From positions 199,686-263,685 of the forward strand of contig JAIORZ010000011.1 of NCBI GenBank assembly GCA_021107855.1: a DNA stretch of 64,000 nt. The letters run 5' to 3'. Both the position numbers and the translations under genes were made by a program. This document shows positions 36,338 to 44,931 of the stretch, in pieces (the first letter of the stretch is position 1; every line of letters starts with the position of its first letter). The stretch is from an archaeon (lineage in GTDB: Archaea; Nanobdellota; Nanobdellia; Pacearchaeales; GW2011-AR1). The notes beneath the pieces were generated by a model. The model ran no database searches, was not told the DNA's origin, and saw only the letters and a list, made by a program, of their open reading frames with translations.

Positions 36338-36886
36338 ATGAGAAGCGTTGCTGTTGCGAACATGAAAAAGATTAAGCGGGCTGTGCCTAGCATTGAGAAT
36401 AAAGTTAAGGTTAAAATTGGGGTTGGTGATAGGAGGAAAAAGATTGCTGGTGGGTCGGTGAGTATTAAGGGAAGTGAGTTGAATGAGTTTTTGGTCGAGC
36501 AGATTATTCGGGCGATTGATTTTGGATTTGATATTGAGGATGCGATGTTGTTGTTAGATGAGGAGTTTGTTTTGGAGTTTGTTGGCGTGAAGGGGAATAC
36601 GAGGAGGAAGAATTTGAAGGATGTTCGGAGTCGGATTATTGGGACGGAGGGGCGGGCGAAGCGAACGATTGAGAAATTGACTGGAGCTGAGATTGTGATT
36701 AGTGGGAATATGATTGGGGTTATTGTTGATGCGGACCATTTGAGTGCGACGATTCAGGGGATTGAGGGGTTGATTGGTGGGTCGAAGCATGGGAATGTGT
36801 TTGGGTTTTTGGAGAGGCAGGGGTCTAAAATTGGTAGGATGGATAGTGATTTGGGGTTGAAGGATGGGGTCGGGTCGGAGAAGTGA
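36338..36886 (+). CDS. KH-domain RNA-binding protein
   Basis: IIGTEGRAKRTIEKLTGAEIVI (KH GxxG-type loop) and a second KH-like segment. ATG lies 28 nt after TATA CTTATAAAG. Confidence 0.65.
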   Translation: MRSVAVANMKKIKRAVPSIENKVKVKIGVGDRRKKIAGGSVSIKGSELNEFLVEQIIRAIDFGFDIEDAMLLLDEEFVLEFVGVKGNTRRKNLKDVRSRIIGTEGRAKRTIEKLTGAEIVISGNMIGVIVDADHLSATIQGIEGLIGGSKHGNVFGFLERQGSKIGRMDSDLGLKDGVGSEK

Positions 36887-36934
36887 TTGTTAGTAGTTAG
36901 TTTTAAAAATGGAGTGTAATTTTAATTGTTATGT

Positions 36935-37007
36935 GTCTCGGTAGCTCAGCAGGTAGAGCGCACGGCTGTTAACCGTGATGTCGAAGGTTCGAGTCCTTCC
37001 CGAGACG
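36935..37007 (+). tRNA. tRNA-Asn (GUU)
   Basis: Acceptor GTCTCGG/CCGAGAC, anticodon stem CACGG/CCGTG, loop CTGTTAA, T arm GAAGG-TTCGAGT-CCTTC. Confidence 0.9.
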
Positions 37008-37209
37008 TGTTTTGTTTTTAGAGGACTGAACCTTGAAGGTTTTCTCTGGGAACGACCGCGTTTTATTTGGCTGTCGAGTTTTTTCTGAGACGTTGATTTT
37101 GAAAGAGCCGGTTTCCTGATTTTTGACTTGTTTTTGTCAGAAAATGTGTTATTATTGTATAATTTAACATAAAGCTTATAAAGAAACCTCGTTATTTAGG
37201 TGTATTCTG

Positions 37210-37290
37210 ATGTTAAGATTAGAAAGGTTTAAGAACGAGAATTTGAGGGGCTTGGTTCTTGGGAGTTTGAAATGGAGAAAGACGAAATGA
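37210..37290 (+). CDS. 26-codon leaderless ORF preceding the racemase (candidate leader or precursor peptide)
   Basis: The ATG at 37210 sits at the usual about 30-nt spacing from TATA CTTATAAAG (37175..37183). It encodes MLRLERFKNENLRGLVLGSLKWRKTK. Its TGA overlaps ATG 37287 as ATGA, the coupling pattern used elsewhere in the window. Confidence 0.4.
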   Translation: MLRLERFKNENLRGLVLGSLKWRKTK

Positions 37291-38093
37291 AAATTGTAGG
37301 CATTGTTGGCGGAGTTGGTCCTGAAGCTTCCAATAAATTTTGTGAACTTTTAATTAAGAATACTCCTGCTAGAAAAGATCAAGATAATATTCCGTTTTTG
37401 CATTTTTGTAATCCTCAAATTCCGGATAGGACAGATTATATCGTTGGAGTCGGAGAAGATCCTGTTGGTGAGTTGATTGAGACTTCCAGGGCTCTTGAGA
37501 ATGCGGGAGCAGATTTTTTGGTTATTCCCTGCAATACAGCGCATTATTTTTTGTCACAGGTTCAAGAGGAGGTTTCTGTTCCTATTGTTGATATGACTAA
37601 AGTTTTGGTCAAGAGTGTCTTATCTAAGTGCCCTCCAATTCGGAAGATTGGTCTTTTGGCTACGACTGGGAGTATTCGTGGCGAGATTTATCAAGATTAT
37701 TTTAGTAGTGTTGGGGTAGAGGTTGTTTTGCTTGATGACGAGGATCAAGAGAAGTTGGTGATGGATGCAATTTATGGGGAAAATGGTGTTAAGGCGGGTA
37801 AAAAAAATTTTCCTAGGAAAAAACTGAAGGAGGCTGTTGATAAGTTGGTTGATATGGGAGCTGAAGCTATTGTTTTGGGATGTACTGAGATTCCGCTTGT
37901 TCTGAATCAGAAAGATTTTGATGTTAAGTTGTATGACCCTATGGATTTGACGGCGAAAGAGATTGTTAATTATGTTTGTGGGGATGTTAATAATGATTTT
38001 GTTAGCGTTGAGTTTGTTTTGGAGGATTTTGCTCGTAGCGTTGGGCGAGTTCTGTCTGAAGGTGCTGTGGGAGTGGAGGTTGTCTCGGGATGA
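37287..38093 (+). CDS. aspartate/glutamate racemase family protein
   Basis: MKIVGIVGGVGPEAS, catalytic Cys motifs IPCNTAH and LGCTE. An in-frame upstream ATG at 37272 is the ORF-track start. Confidence 0.82.
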   Translation: MKIVGIVGGVGPEASNKFCELLIKNTPARKDQDNIPFLHFCNPQIPDRTDYIVGVGEDPVGELIETSRALENAGADFLVIPCNTAHYFLSQVQEEVSVPIVDMTKVLVKSVLSKCPPIRKIGLLATTGSIRGEIYQDYFSSVGVEVVLLDDEDQEKLVMDAIYGENGVKAGKKNFPRKKLKEAVDKLVDMGAEAIVLGCTEIPLVLNQKDFDVKLYDPMDLTAKEIVNYVCGDVNNDFVSVEFVLEDFARSVGRVLSEGAVGVEVVSG

Positions 38094-39016
38094 AAGTTGG
38101 GATTTTGCATCATGATTTAGAGGAACAAGAAAAAGTTCTTAGGGACGAATTGATTAGCCATGGTTTTGAAGTGACTCTTTATGATGTTAGGGCGGTTTCT
38201 GTTTCTGATTTGAAGAGTAACAATGTTGTTTTGAATAGGGTTTTTGCGAGTGTTGCTAATAGAAATTATAAGGATAATTTGTTGGCCCTAAGTGTTTTGA
38301 AAAAATTAAAAGAGGATGGAGTTTGTTGTATTAATTCTTATTTTACTACTAGGTGCGACTATTCTAAATATTTTTCTTTTTTGGCTATGAAAAAAGCTAG
38401 AGTTTTAACGCCAGAAACTTTTTTTATTGGAGGGCTAAAGGGCTTAGATGATGTCATTGATTTTTCACGGAAAGTTGGATTTGATTTTGGGTCTCCGGTA
38501 GTTTTGAAAAGAGATATTGGGGGCAGAGGTAAGGAGATACATCTTGTCAAATCCGAAGAGGATATGGTTGGTTTGTTGAAAAATCTTATAGAGGAAGATC
38601 AAGATGATGGTTATGCGGGGGGTTATGTTGTTCAAGAGTTTATTAAGAGTGTCTTGGATTATGATTATAGAGTTTCTATGGTTAATGGGAAAATTGTATA
38701 TTCAATGACTCGTTCTTTTATTAAGGATGATTCAGGGGAAAAGTGGATTGCTAGTATGACTTTAGGATCTAAAGAAAGGCGAATTGAATTGCCGAAGAGT
38801 ATTAGCAGTATTTCTTTAGCTGCTACTAAATCAATTGGCGGATTTTTTAATGACGTGGATATTATGGTGGGAAATAGGGGGGCGTATGTGATTGAGAATA
38901 ATCCTACGCCTAATTTTGCTAAGAGACAAAAGGGAAGTGAAAGCGAAAAGATGAATATTGTTATTAATGAGTTGGTTAAGGAGATTGTGGAGATTGGAGA
39001 TGAGAAACAATTTTAG
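38090..39016 (+). CDS. ATP-grasp (RimK-like) ligase 1
   Basis: VVLKRDIGGRGKEIHLV, YVVQEFI, DYRVSMVNGKIV, DVDIMV..YVIENNPTPNF. ATGA overlap with the racemase stop. Confidence 0.75.
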   Translation: MKVGILHHDLEEQEKVLRDELISHGFEVTLYDVRAVSVSDLKSNNVVLNRVFASVANRNYKDNLLALSVLKKLKEDGVCCINSYFTTRCDYSKYFSFLAMKKARVLTPETFFIGGLKGLDDVIDFSRKVGFDFGSPVVLKRDIGGRGKEIHLVKSEEDMVGLLKNLIEEDQDDGYAGGYVVQEFIKSVLDYDYRVSMVNGKIVYSMTRSFIKDDSGEKWIASMTLGSKERRIELPKSISSISLAATKSIGGFFNDVDIMVGNRGAYVIENNPTPNFAKRQKGSESEKMNIVINELVKEIVEIGDEKQF

Positions 39017-39980
39017 GTTAGGCTTAGTGGCAGAAATGGAAAACGGGAAAACGGGGAATTCAAGGGCTATTAAGTCCGAGGATTGGAAGTATCTATTTAA
39101 TTTTTTTAGATCTAAAGGAGAGGTCGTGTTGTTCGATTGGAAAAACATGGGAAGTGATTTTAGAGTCTCTGAATATATGGAAGGAACAGAGGGTTTTTTT
39201 GGTGTTTCCAGAAAAACATCTGATATTCGAAATTTATGCGATGTTGTTTATATTGGACAATTGGGCAAGATTTATGAAAGGAAAGAGGAATTCTTGAAAT
39301 TTTTAGATATTATGGAAGAATTTCCTGGGCAGGTCGTCAACCCAATTAAAACTATTAGAAGTAATTTGTCTAAAGATTATTTGTTAAAATTGCAAAGCAG
39401 GGGAGTTCGAGTTGTTCCAACTTTAGAAGTTGAAGAGGGGTGTTCTCTTGCAGAGTTAAGGCGGTTGAATTTTTCTAATTATGAGAGACCTATAGATGAT
39501 TTGGTTTTGAAGCCGAAAGTTTTTGGAGAACAAGGGGATGGTGTTCTTAGGGTTAGTGAGATTAGAAGAGATGAAGATTTGCAGAGTTATTTGAAAACTC
39601 ATGGGAAGATGATTGTTCAACCATTGATAAGCGATATTTATACTCGAGGGGAAAATTCATTCATTTTTACTGGTAGGAATTTTAGTCATGGGTTAAATAA
39701 GACTACGGGGAAGTTTAAAATTAATCTTTGTGATTCGGTTAAATATTCTCCGATAGACCCTACGGAGTCTGAGGTGGAGTTGTGTCAGTTGGTTTTTGAT
39801 CTTTGGCCAACTGATTTCGGGTATTGTAGAGTAGATATTATTCCTTCGGATAAGCCGTTGGTTGCAGAGGTAGAGATGGTTAATCCTGCTGGATATTTAG
39901 CGGAAGTCAATGCATTTGAAAAATATTCATTGAGGTTAGAAGATAGATTAAAAGATATTTGTGATGGAAAATGGAACTAA
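39000..39980 (+). CDS. ATP-grasp ligase 2
   Basis: LVLKPKVFGEQGDGVLRV, MIVQPLI, CRVDII..VAEVEMVNP. The start is either 39000 (17-nt overlap) or 39036 (MENGK). Confidence 0.7.
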   Translation: MRNNFRLGLVAEMENGKTGNSRAIKSEDWKYLFNFFRSKGEVVLFDWKNMGSDFRVSEYMEGTEGFFGVSRKTSDIRNLCDVVYIGQLGKIYERKEEFLKFLDIMEEFPGQVVNPIKTIRSNLSKDYLLKLQSRGVRVVPTLEVEEGCSLAELRRLNFSNYERPIDDLVLKPKVFGEQGDGVLRVSEIRRDEDLQSYLKTHGKMIVQPLISDIYTRGENSFIFTGRNFSHGLNKTTGKFKINLCDSVKYSPIDPTESEVELCQLVFDLWPTDFGYCRVDIIPSDKPLVAEVEMVNPAGYLAEVNAFEKYSLRLEDRLKDICDGKWN

Positions 39981-40918
39981 AGTGGATGGTTAGTGCTGGC
40001 AGGATTGAGTCTATTCAGACTAGGGCTGAACATGTGAATCCAGCTAGATATGATGCCTTTGTTGATGCCTTTGGGATTAATAACGTAGGTTTGGTTTCTA
40101 TGGATAATGTTGTTAAGGAGATTAAAACTGGTGAACCTGCGTTTGTTTATTTATTGGGTAGAGATTTAGAGGTTAAGTTGTCGGATGAACGAGGGGTGCA
40201 GGGAAAATTATTTTTGGCTAGTGGATTTGATTTGGGCAGGGGAAAAATGTCTGGGCGCAAGGATTTAGAGAGGGTTATGGGTTATTTAGATTCTCAAATA
40301 GAGAAGGGGAATATTGGCAGGGTTGTTAACTCTAGATATTCTACTTTGTTTGAAGATAAGAAATCTTTTGTTGGCTTAAAAGGAGATGGGTTTTCAGTTC
40401 CAAAAACTTATCATTTTGAAAAGAATAAAGATTTTGTTAATTTTTTTGTGCAAAATGGAAAACATGTTGTGAAGCATCGATTTGGATATGACGGAGTTAA
40501 TAATTTTTTGATTGATTTGTCTAATATTAATTCTTTTGTGGAAAACGAGAAAATATCTGATTATGTCGTTCAAGAGGTTCTTCCCATTATTAGTGAAACT
40601 CGCTTGATTTTTTATAAAGATGAGTTTTTGGGTGCCAGAAAGATTATGGATAGAACTAGGCCCTGGGAGAAAGAATCCAGTACAAAAAGAAAGCATTTAG
40701 TCGAAGCATGTTCCCCGTCTATTAAAGATATTGATAGTGCTAGGCAAATGTTTCGACATTCTAGAGCTGTGATTGGGGGAGTGGATACTGTTCAATTGGA
40801 AAGCGGGGAAGATAAAGTGCTTGAATTTAATGGGGTCTCTACGGGTTTGGGGTATCCTGGGGGAGTTTATGATTTGAATTCTGTGGTTGCTCAAAGATTG
40901 AAAGAATTGGATTCTTAG
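39971..40918 (+). CDS. ATP-grasp ligase 3
   Basis: HVVKHRFGYDGVNNFLI, YVVQEVLP, ETRLIFYKDEFLGAR, GGVDTVQLESGEDKVLEFNG. Overlaps the previous gene's end. Confidence 0.7.
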   Translation: MELKWMVSAGRIESIQTRAEHVNPARYDAFVDAFGINNVGLVSMDNVVKEIKTGEPAFVYLLGRDLEVKLSDERGVQGKLFLASGFDLGRGKMSGRKDLERVMGYLDSQIEKGNIGRVVNSRYSTLFEDKKSFVGLKGDGFSVPKTYHFEKNKDFVNFFVQNGKHVVKHRFGYDGVNNFLIDLSNINSFVENEKISDYVVQEVLPIISETRLIFYKDEFLGARKIMDRTRPWEKESSTKRKHLVEACSPSIKDIDSARQMFRHSRAVIGGVDTVQLESGEDKVLEFNGVSTGLGYPGGVYDLNSVVAQRLKELDS

Positions 40919-40963
40919 TGTTTTAATGGCTAATTTTATAAACTTCTTAATCTGTTCTGTATT

Positions 40964-41533
40964 ATGAAACTCAGAGATGCGATTGAGAAGAGAAAAGATG
41001 TTAAGGTTTATGATTTGAAGGCGCCGGATTGGAGAGCGGTTGTCCGAGCGATTGACGCAGCGCGGTTTGCAACGAGTGCTGGGAGTCATTTTTCTGCTCG
41101 GTTTATTTTGGTTAGTGATAAAAAGGTTATTAAGAAATTGACGGATGTTTGTCAGCAGAGTTTTGTCGGGAAGGCGAGTTATCTTGTGGTTGCTGTGAGT
41201 GACCCTTCGGGTTTAATTAGGAGTTATGGGGATAGGGGCGAGGGTTATTGTGCTAAGCAGATTGGTTCGGCTGTTCAGAATTTTTTGTTGGCGTTGGAGG
41301 AGGAGAAGTTGGTGACGAGTTGGGTTTGGTATTTTGATGATGAGCAGGTTAAGAACCTTTTGGATATTCCTGAGAGTGCTAGAGTTGAGGGGATTTTCCC
41401 GATTGGTAGAGAGATTAGGATTAAGAAGAGACCTCATAGGGGGGCTGTTAAGTTGGATAATATTTTGTTTTTTGAGAAGTATGGGGAGAAGAAGATGAAG
41501 GGTGAGATTAAGCATAGCAGGGATGCCGTTTAG
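40964..41533 (+). CDS. nitroreductase-family protein
   Basis: 189 aa. N-terminal AIEKRKDVKVYD..P....V..I.DAARFATSAG pattern and length fit the nitroreductase fold. Confidence 0.6.
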   Translation: MKLRDAIEKRKDVKVYDLKAPDWRAVVRAIDAARFATSAGSHFSARFILVSDKKVIKKLTDVCQQSFVGKASYLVVAVSDPSGLIRSYGDRGEGYCAKQIGSAVQNFLLALEEEKLVTSWVWYFDDEQVKNLLDIPESARVEGIFPIGREIRIKKRPHRGAVKLDNILFFEKYGEKKMKGEIKHSRDAV

Positions 41534-41548
41534 GTTTAAGAATTTTAG

Positions 41549-41568
41549 TCCTCGTCTTCCGACGAGGA
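41549..41568. terminator. GC-rich 8-bp hairpin between convergent genes
   Basis: TCCTCGTC-TTCC-GACGAGGA, followed by an A/T run. Confidence 0.5.
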
Positions 41569-41599
41569 ATATAAAAATAAAATAAAAATTTGTTTTTGT

Positions 41600-42679
41600 T
41601 TAGCTTAGGTCGTCGAGTCCGAGTTCGTTTACACTTATCGTATCTTCTTGGTCGAATTGGCTTGAGCTTTTTCCTAGGATGTAAGGGGATTTTACTCCGG
41701 TCATAATTGTTATGACTCTTACTCTTCCTTGGAATTCTTTGTTAACTCGTGCGCCGATGATGACCTGTGCTTCTGGAGATAGATTTTCCGTGACTAGTCG
41801 TCCGATGCTGTCGAATTCTTCTAGTTTCATGTCGGGTCCGCATGTGATGTGGATTAGTGCGCCCGTCGCGCCCCTGTAATCTACGTCGAGAAGTGGGTGC
41901 GTTAGTGCTTGTTGTACTGCTGCGTCCACTCGTGCGTTTGAGTTGTCTTCACCGATTCCGATTACTGCGACGTCCCCATTTTTCATGATGGCTGATACGT
42001 CGGCGTAGTCTAGGTTGATTAGGGAAGGTATTGTGATACACTCTACGATTCCTTTAATCATGGTTGAGACTAACTCGTTTGCTACCGCGAAAGCTTGTTC
42101 CATAGGTAGCGAACCTGCGATGTCTACTAGTCGGTTGTTGTCTAAGACGATGACCGTGTCGACTGTTTCTCGAAGTTCTTGTAGTCCGAATTCTGCTTTG
42201 TCGATTCTTGCTTTTTCTGCCTCGAAAGGCATTGTCACGACTGCGATAACTACTGCGCCTGCTTCTTTTGCTAGTTGAGCTACTACCGGGATAGATCCAG
42301 TACCGGATCCGCCTCCCATTCCAGCCAGAACGAAAACCATATCCGAATTCGCTACGGATTTCTTCAGGTCGGTTAAGGATTCTTTGGCAGCTTCTCTTCC
42401 TCTTTTAGGGTATCCTCCGCATCCTAGTCCACGAGTTAATTCTTTTCCTATTAGGATTTTCTCGTCGGCTTTTGTGATGGATAGGTGTAGTGCGTCAGTA
42501 TTTATTCCGTAAATTGTCGCACCGTTGATACCTTTATTAAATAGCCAGGTCGCCATGTTACATCCGCATCCTCCGCATCCGAAAACTTTGATTGAGGCTT
42601 TCCCCGCTCTTAGTTCGTCGAAGTTGATTGAGTTTGCTTCCGCAGTTTCTATTGCTTCTTTTGCAAAATCTAATGGCAT
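41600..42679 (-). CDS. ftsZ: cell division protein FtsZ
   Basis: 359 aa with tubulin signature GMGGGSGTGS, NTD, and VFGCGGCGCN N-terminal Rossmann start. Confidence 0.92.
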   Translation of the reverse strand: MPLDFAKEAIETAEANSINFDELRAGKASIKVFGCGGCGCNMATWLFNKGINGATIYGINTDALHLSITKADEKILIGKELTRGLGCGGYPKRGREAAKESLTDLKKSVANSDMVFVLAGMGGGSGTGSIPVVAQLAKEAGAVVIAVVTMPFEAEKARIDKAEFGLQELRETVDTVIVLDNNRLVDIAGSLPMEQAFAVANELVSTMIKGIVECITIPSLINLDYADVSAIMKNGDVAVIGIGEDNSNARVDAAVQQALTHPLLDVDYRGATGALIHITCGPDMKLEEFDSIGRLVTENLSPEAQVIIGARVNKEFQGRVRVITIMTGVKSPYILGKSSSQFDQEDTISVNELGLDDLS

Positions 42680-42805
42680 TTTCTTTTTTTGTTAAACCTC
42701 CTTTCAAGTTTCATGGTAATTCGAGAGTATTTTTATTTAAAAGAATATGTGTGGTTTGTAAGATATTAGAGTTAGTTTTTTATATCATGAAGTTGTTGAT
42801 ATTTT

Positions 42806-43420
42806 ATGAAAAGTGTTGATTTTGAGAGGTTTTTACGGTGGTTTATTGTTGGGTTGTTTGTTGTTTCCGGAGCTATTTCTTTTTGGTATGGGGAATGGGT
42901 TTATGTTTTTATTTCTTTGATTGCGCTTATCCCGGTGATTTATCCTAGAGGGCGTATGACGATGCGTGGCGTTTCTTTTTCTAATGGATTGAACTTGTTT
43001 ATTTTGTTGTTTGTTTATGCGGCCATTTTTTTGGGGGAGTTGCATCAATTTTATGTTAGATTTTGGTGGTGGGATATTTTGTTGCATTCTTTTTCTGCAA
43101 TAGTTTTGGGTCTTCTTGGTTTTTCGATTGTTTATTTTTTGAATAGTGAGGATAGGTGTCCGAATCTTAGTCCGTTGTTTGTTGCTATTTTTGGATTTTC
43201 TTTTTCTATTATGATTGGTGTGCTTTGGGAAATTTTTGAGTTTTCGGTGGATTATTTTTTGGGATTTAATATGCAGAAATCTGGTGTTGTGGATACTATG
43301 ACTGATTTGATTGTTAATGGGCTGGGGGCGCTTGTTGTTTCGTGTTGGGGTTATCTTTCATTGAAGGGGAATTTTAAAGAGACGTTTGATTTTTTTAGAA
43401 GTATTATTATTAAAAGTTAG
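42806..43420 (+). CDS. polytopic membrane protein (possibly YjdF/DUF2238-like)
   Basis: 204 aa, 6 TM helices. The family guess rests on the WEIFEFSVDY...VDTMTDLIVNG motif only. Confidence 0.55.
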   Translation: MKSVDFERFLRWFIVGLFVVSGAISFWYGEWVYVFISLIALIPVIYPRGRMTMRGVSFSNGLNLFILLFVYAAIFLGELHQFYVRFWWWDILLHSFSAIVLGLLGFSIVYFLNSEDRCPNLSPLFVAIFGFSFSIMIGVLWEIFEFSVDYFLGFNMQKSGVVDTMTDLIVNGLGALVVSCWGYLSLKGNFKETFDFFRSIIIKS

Positions 43421-44421
43421 TTTTTTTCTATGTAGTCTTTGATATTCTGTTTGAATTTTTCTAGGTCTTTTGCTAGAATTTGTCCGCCTGATGCTCTTGG
43501 GTGTCCGCCACATTTTACGTCTTTTAGATTTTTTGTTGTAGCTTCTAATAATATGTTGACTCCAATTTTTTCTGTCTGGTCTCTGGCGGAGATATTGACG
43601 TATTTTCCTTTTGGGGATAAGAAGAGGTGGATTTTTCCTGGGTATTTTCTTGTGATGATGTTGATTAGTGGTTTGTTAATTGGGAATTTGGGTTTGTAGT
43701 AGAAAAAAGAGATGCCATCAAATTCTTCTTTTTCTTTCTCGTATCTTTTCTCGTATCTTGCAATTTCTTTTTCTATTTTGTCCGAGTATTTTTTTAGTTT
43801 TTTTAGTTTTTTTAGTGATGATATTTTTGAGAGGAGGGGAAATATTTTTTCTGGGGTTTTTTTGAGGCAGATGATTGTGTCTGAGAGGGGGTATACGTAT
43901 TTTGTTTGGAATTCTTCTAGGGTTAGGTTGTTTTCTTTTAGGAAGTCGTTGATGAATTGGTCGTTTTCTTTGTAGAGGTCGGCTGAGTCTGAGATTGTTC
44001 CGATTAGGGCGAGCCATTTTTTTTGCCCGAGGAGTTCGTATGTGGTTCTGCTTGATGGAATGTAGCCTTCGTCTGTGGTTATGAGTTGGAGTATTTCTTC
44101 TGGTAGTGGGAATTTTGGGTGGTGGTCTGTGTAGAGGATTTGTTTGTCTTTTATTGTTTTGATGCTGCCGTTTATTCTTTTTGTTGCTATGTCGGTTATT
44201 ATTATTTTGTTGAAAGGTTTTAGGGGGAGATTTTCTATTTTGGTTTTGGAGTGGTTGTAATGGAATGTTTTGGTTTTTGCTCCGTTTGAAATGCAGTGGT
44301 CGTAGAAAAGAATTGCGGAACAGAAGCCGTCTCCGTCGTCATGATGGATTATTGCGACCTTGTCTTTTTTTGAAATTTCATTTAAAAATTCCTTTGCTTG
44401 TTCCTGATTTATTTGTGGCAT
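43417..44421 (-). CDS. DHH/DHHA1 phosphoesterase (NrnA/RecJ-like)
   Basis: IIHHDDGDGFCSA, YTDHHP (DHH motif) and CGGHPRASGG (DHHA1). Confidence 0.78.
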   Translation of the reverse strand: MPQINQEQAKEFLNEISKKDKVAIIHHDDGDGFCSAILFYDHCISNGAKTKTFHYNHSKTKIENLPLKPFNKIIITDIATKRINGSIKTIKDKQILYTDHHPKFPLPEEILQLITTDEGYIPSSRTTYELLGQKKWLALIGTISDSADLYKENDQFINDFLKENNLTLEEFQTKYVYPLSDTIICLKKTPEKIFPLLSKISSLKKLKKLKKYSDKIEKEIARYEKRYEKEKEEFDGISFFYYKPKFPINKPLINIITRKYPGKIHLFLSPKGKYVNISARDQTEKIGVNILLEATTKNLKDVKCGGHPRASGGQILAKDLEKFKQNIKDYIEKN

Positions 44422-44454
44422 TTCTTAAGAATGGCGGGGGGTTAATAAGTGTTG

Positions 44455-44844
44455 TTACTTTACGACCCATGTTTGGATAACTATGAATATTATTGCGATT
44501 AGACTTATAATTCCTTTGACTGCGAGGAAGGCGGGGTTTTGAATGTTGATTTGCGGGAGGGATAGGGTTCCGGCTACGACTGCGAGGGCTCCGATTATGA
44601 AGGTTGTTGTTGCTGTGAAATTTCTTTCTTCTAGGCGGTTTCTGATTCTGTGGAAGAGTTGGACTGGGTTTGCTTCTATGATGAATCCTAGTCCGAGGAT
44701 TATTAGCCAGAGAGTTTCGACGTATGCCTGTGTGTCTATAGTGAAAAAAGTGTAGGTGATTATACTTATGAAGCCGAGAATTGAGATAATTGCTAGAATG
44801 CTGACGAAGGCTTTTGAAATGTTGGTTTCTCGTGGATTGCTCAT
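44455..44844 (-). CDS. membrane protein
   Basis: 129 aa with 4 TM helices. Confidence 0.55.
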   Translation of the reverse strand: MSNPRETNISKAFVSILAIISILGFISIITYTFFTIDTQAYVETLWLIILGLGFIIEANPVQLFHRIRNRLEERNFTATTTFIIGALAVVAGTLSLPQINIQNPAFLAVKGIISLIAIIFIVIQTWVVK

Positions 44845-44931
44845 CTAAGATATAAGATTAGGAGGTTTATAAAATTGTGGAAATTTGAGAATAAGACAAA
44901 CAATTATAAAGATTGGTTTGTTTAATAAAAA

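Noticed and set aside
36133-36393. 86-aa minus-strand ORF overlapping the start of the KH-domain gene.
   Set aside because: It overlaps the TATA box and 5' end of a better-supported gene, has no motif and has odd composition. The region 36115..36310 is more likely non-coding.
36990-40965. The ATP-grasp island as an integrated element bounded by tRNA-Asn att repeats.
   Set aside because: I found no copy of the tRNA-Asn 3' end at the distal border (about 40919..40963) and no integrase gene. Only the compositional anomaly and a weak nearby echo remain, so this is reported only as a possibility.
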